Shown here: one piece after another, positions 62,201 through 64,000 of the stretch
Layout: each line of letters starts with the position of its first letter
Numbering within the stretch: position 1 is the first letter of the stretch
Source: Azolla caroliniana
Lineage: Eukaryota; Plantae; Polypodiophyta
Reading direction: 5' to 3'
Assembly (NCBI GenBank): GCA_043228905.1
Contig: JBHGNT010000002.1
Span: 4,340,001-4,404,000 of the forward strand
Length of the DNA stretch: 64,000 nucleotides
The notes under the pieces: generated by a model
Told to the model about the DNA's origin: nothing
Database searches by the model: none
Seen by the model: only the letters and a program-made list of their open reading frames with translations
Position numbers and translations under genes: made by a program

Positions 62201-64000
62201 GGATCCGGCCGAAGACGGTGAAGAAACAGAACCGACCGAGGAAGATGAAATTGATACCGGAACCGGCCCCGATCCTGAAATGGATTCGGATGAAGAGGAA
62301 ACGGAGGAGCCGGTTACCGAAGCTCCGGAACGGAGATATCCTCTAAGAGAGAGAAGGGCCCCCCGGAGATTTCCGGAACCAGAGCACGTGCTGCTAACCG
62401 ACGAGGGGGAGCCGGAGAGTCTTGAAGAAGCAAAGCTTGACACCCATAGCCTCAGGTGGTTAAGTGCCATGCAGGAGGAGATGGATTCCCTGCATGAGAA
62501 CCACACATATGAACTTGTGGATTTGCCGAAAGGAACGCGGGCACTTCGAAACAAGTGGGTGTTCAAGCTGAAACCGGGAGATGCCGGAAACCCCCCGAGA
62601 TACAAAGCCAGGATCGTGGTGAAGGGGTTCCAGCAGAAGAAGGGCGTCGACTTCGACGAGATATTTGCCCCGGTAGTGAAGATGACCTCCATCCGGACGG
62701 TGCTGAGCATAGCGGCAGGCTTGGACCTCGAGGTAGAACAGATGGACGTGAAGACGACATTCCTTCACGGTGACCTCGAAGAAGAGATCTACATGCAGCA
62801 ACCGGAAGGATTCGAGAAGAAAGGGAAGGAGCACCTGGTATGCCGGTTGAAGAAGAGCCTTTACGGACTGAAGCAGGCTCCCCGGCAGTGGTACCGGAAG
62901 TTCGACTCCTTCATGACCGACGAAGGGTACCACAAAACGCAGTCCGATCACTGCGTGTTTGTGAAGAAGTTCGAAGGAGGAGACTTTCTAATACTCCTCC
63001 TGTACGTGGACGACATGTTGATCGTTGGACGGGACCAGGTCAAGATACGGATGCTGAAGAAAGCGCTTCACCGAACTTTCTCAATGAAGGACCTGGGTCC
63101 GGCGAGGCAAATACTAGGGATGCACATCATCCGGGATCGGAAGAAGAAGCAGTTGTGGCTGTCACAGGAGAAGTACGTGACAAAGGTGCTTCACCGGTTC
63201 AACATGTCGGAAGCAAGACCGGTCGGATCGACCCTCCCGGCAAACTGCAAATTATCCGGCAAGCAAAGTCCCAAGACAAAAGTTGAAAAGGAGGATATGA
63301 TGAAAGTACCATATGCCTCTGCCGTCGGAAGCTTGATGTACGCAATGGTGTGTACAAGACCGGACATAGGATATGCAGTCGGAGTGGTGAGCCGGTACAT
63401 GAGCAATCCCGGCAAAGAGCACTGAAACGCGGACAAGTGGATACTCCGATACCTGAAGGGCACGGCAAACGTGTGCCTCCGATTCGGCTCCGGTAAGCCC
63501 GAACTCGACGGCTTTACCGATTCGGATATGTCGGCTGATACAGATACCAGTCGGTCCACATCAGGGTATGTGATGACGTATGCAGGGGGAGCTGTTTCGT
63601 GGCAGTCGAGGCTGCAGAAGACCGTTGCGTTGTCAACCACGGAGGCGGAGTACATGGCGGCTGTTGAAGCCAGCAAGGAAATAATATGGATGAAGGACTT
63701 CATTAGAGAGCTCGGTATCCGGCAGGAGGAGTACCGGCTCTACTGCGATAGTCAGAGTGCCATCCACCTTGCGAAGAACGCGGCCTACCATTCCCGGACG
63801 AAACACATCCAGCGTAGATACCACTGGATCCGGGAAAGGATAGAAGACAAGGAGTTCATGCTGACGAAGATCCACACGGACGAGAACGGGTCGGATATGC
63901 TGACCAAGGTGCTCACACCCGACAAGCTGGAAGCATGCCGGAAGAGGATCGGATTGGAGAGACATCCCATGCCGAAGTGAAGGGGGAGTTTGTTGGGATT
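59242..64000 (+). mobile_element. Ty1/Copia element K (Tnt1/Tto1-like), 3' LTR cut by the window end
   Basis: 5' LTR 59242-59875; PBS TGGTATCAGAGC 59879-59890; PPT GAAGGGGGAG ~63979-63988; 3' LTR starts at 63991. Confidence 0.95.
59907..63980 (+). pseudogene. Copia K gag-pol polyprotein with a single in-frame stop (TGA at a conserved Trp, 63423-63425)
   Basis: 1172-aa ORF plus 169-aa ORF in the same frame; CFYCGKPGHFQKNC, WVVDSGAS, LRADNGGEY, LYVDD, SRTKHIQRRYHWIRE. Confidence 0.93.

Noticed and set aside
63423-63425. Programmed stop-codon readthrough in Copia K
   Set aside because: The stop replaces a conserved Trp (TGG>TGA) within the RT-RNase H region and lacks a CARYYA context; a point mutation is more likely

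Overview
Eukaryotic (land-plant, most likely non-seed plant such as a fern; inferred from TE lineages) nuclear DNA. It contains one intact host gene, a single-exon GT47 glycosyltransferase most similar to XUT1 (26598-28535, +), sitting in an AT-rich island between two deep LTR-retrotransposon nests. I resolved most boundaries from TG..CA termini, target-site duplications (TSDs), primer-binding sites (PBS) and polypurine tracts (PPT). Left nest: old LTR element L > Copia C > Copia A > intact chromovirus B1, plus a solo LTR. Right nest: Gypsy integrase remnant M > OTA-type Gypsy F > [G; Copia H > chromovirus B2 > 147-bp hairpin MITE; repeat-bearing element I > Gag-only element J and Copia K], preceded by Copia D and E fused by a deletion. 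The most unusual signal is a ~70-nt tRNA-shaped RNA Pol III A-box/B-box module lying antisense in the U3 of three Gypsy LTR families from two distant lineages (8 LTR copies), a tRNA-type analogue of the Cassandra 5S module. Other notable signals are a TGT..ACA MITE with a 5-bp TSD, self-priming and a GUUAAAC/pseudoknot frameshift in the chromovirus, 13 TAGTACTA palindromes in B1, ACGT 4-bp target specificity and an acidic/basic Gag-only ORF. All comparisons were made by eye and no database searches were run.
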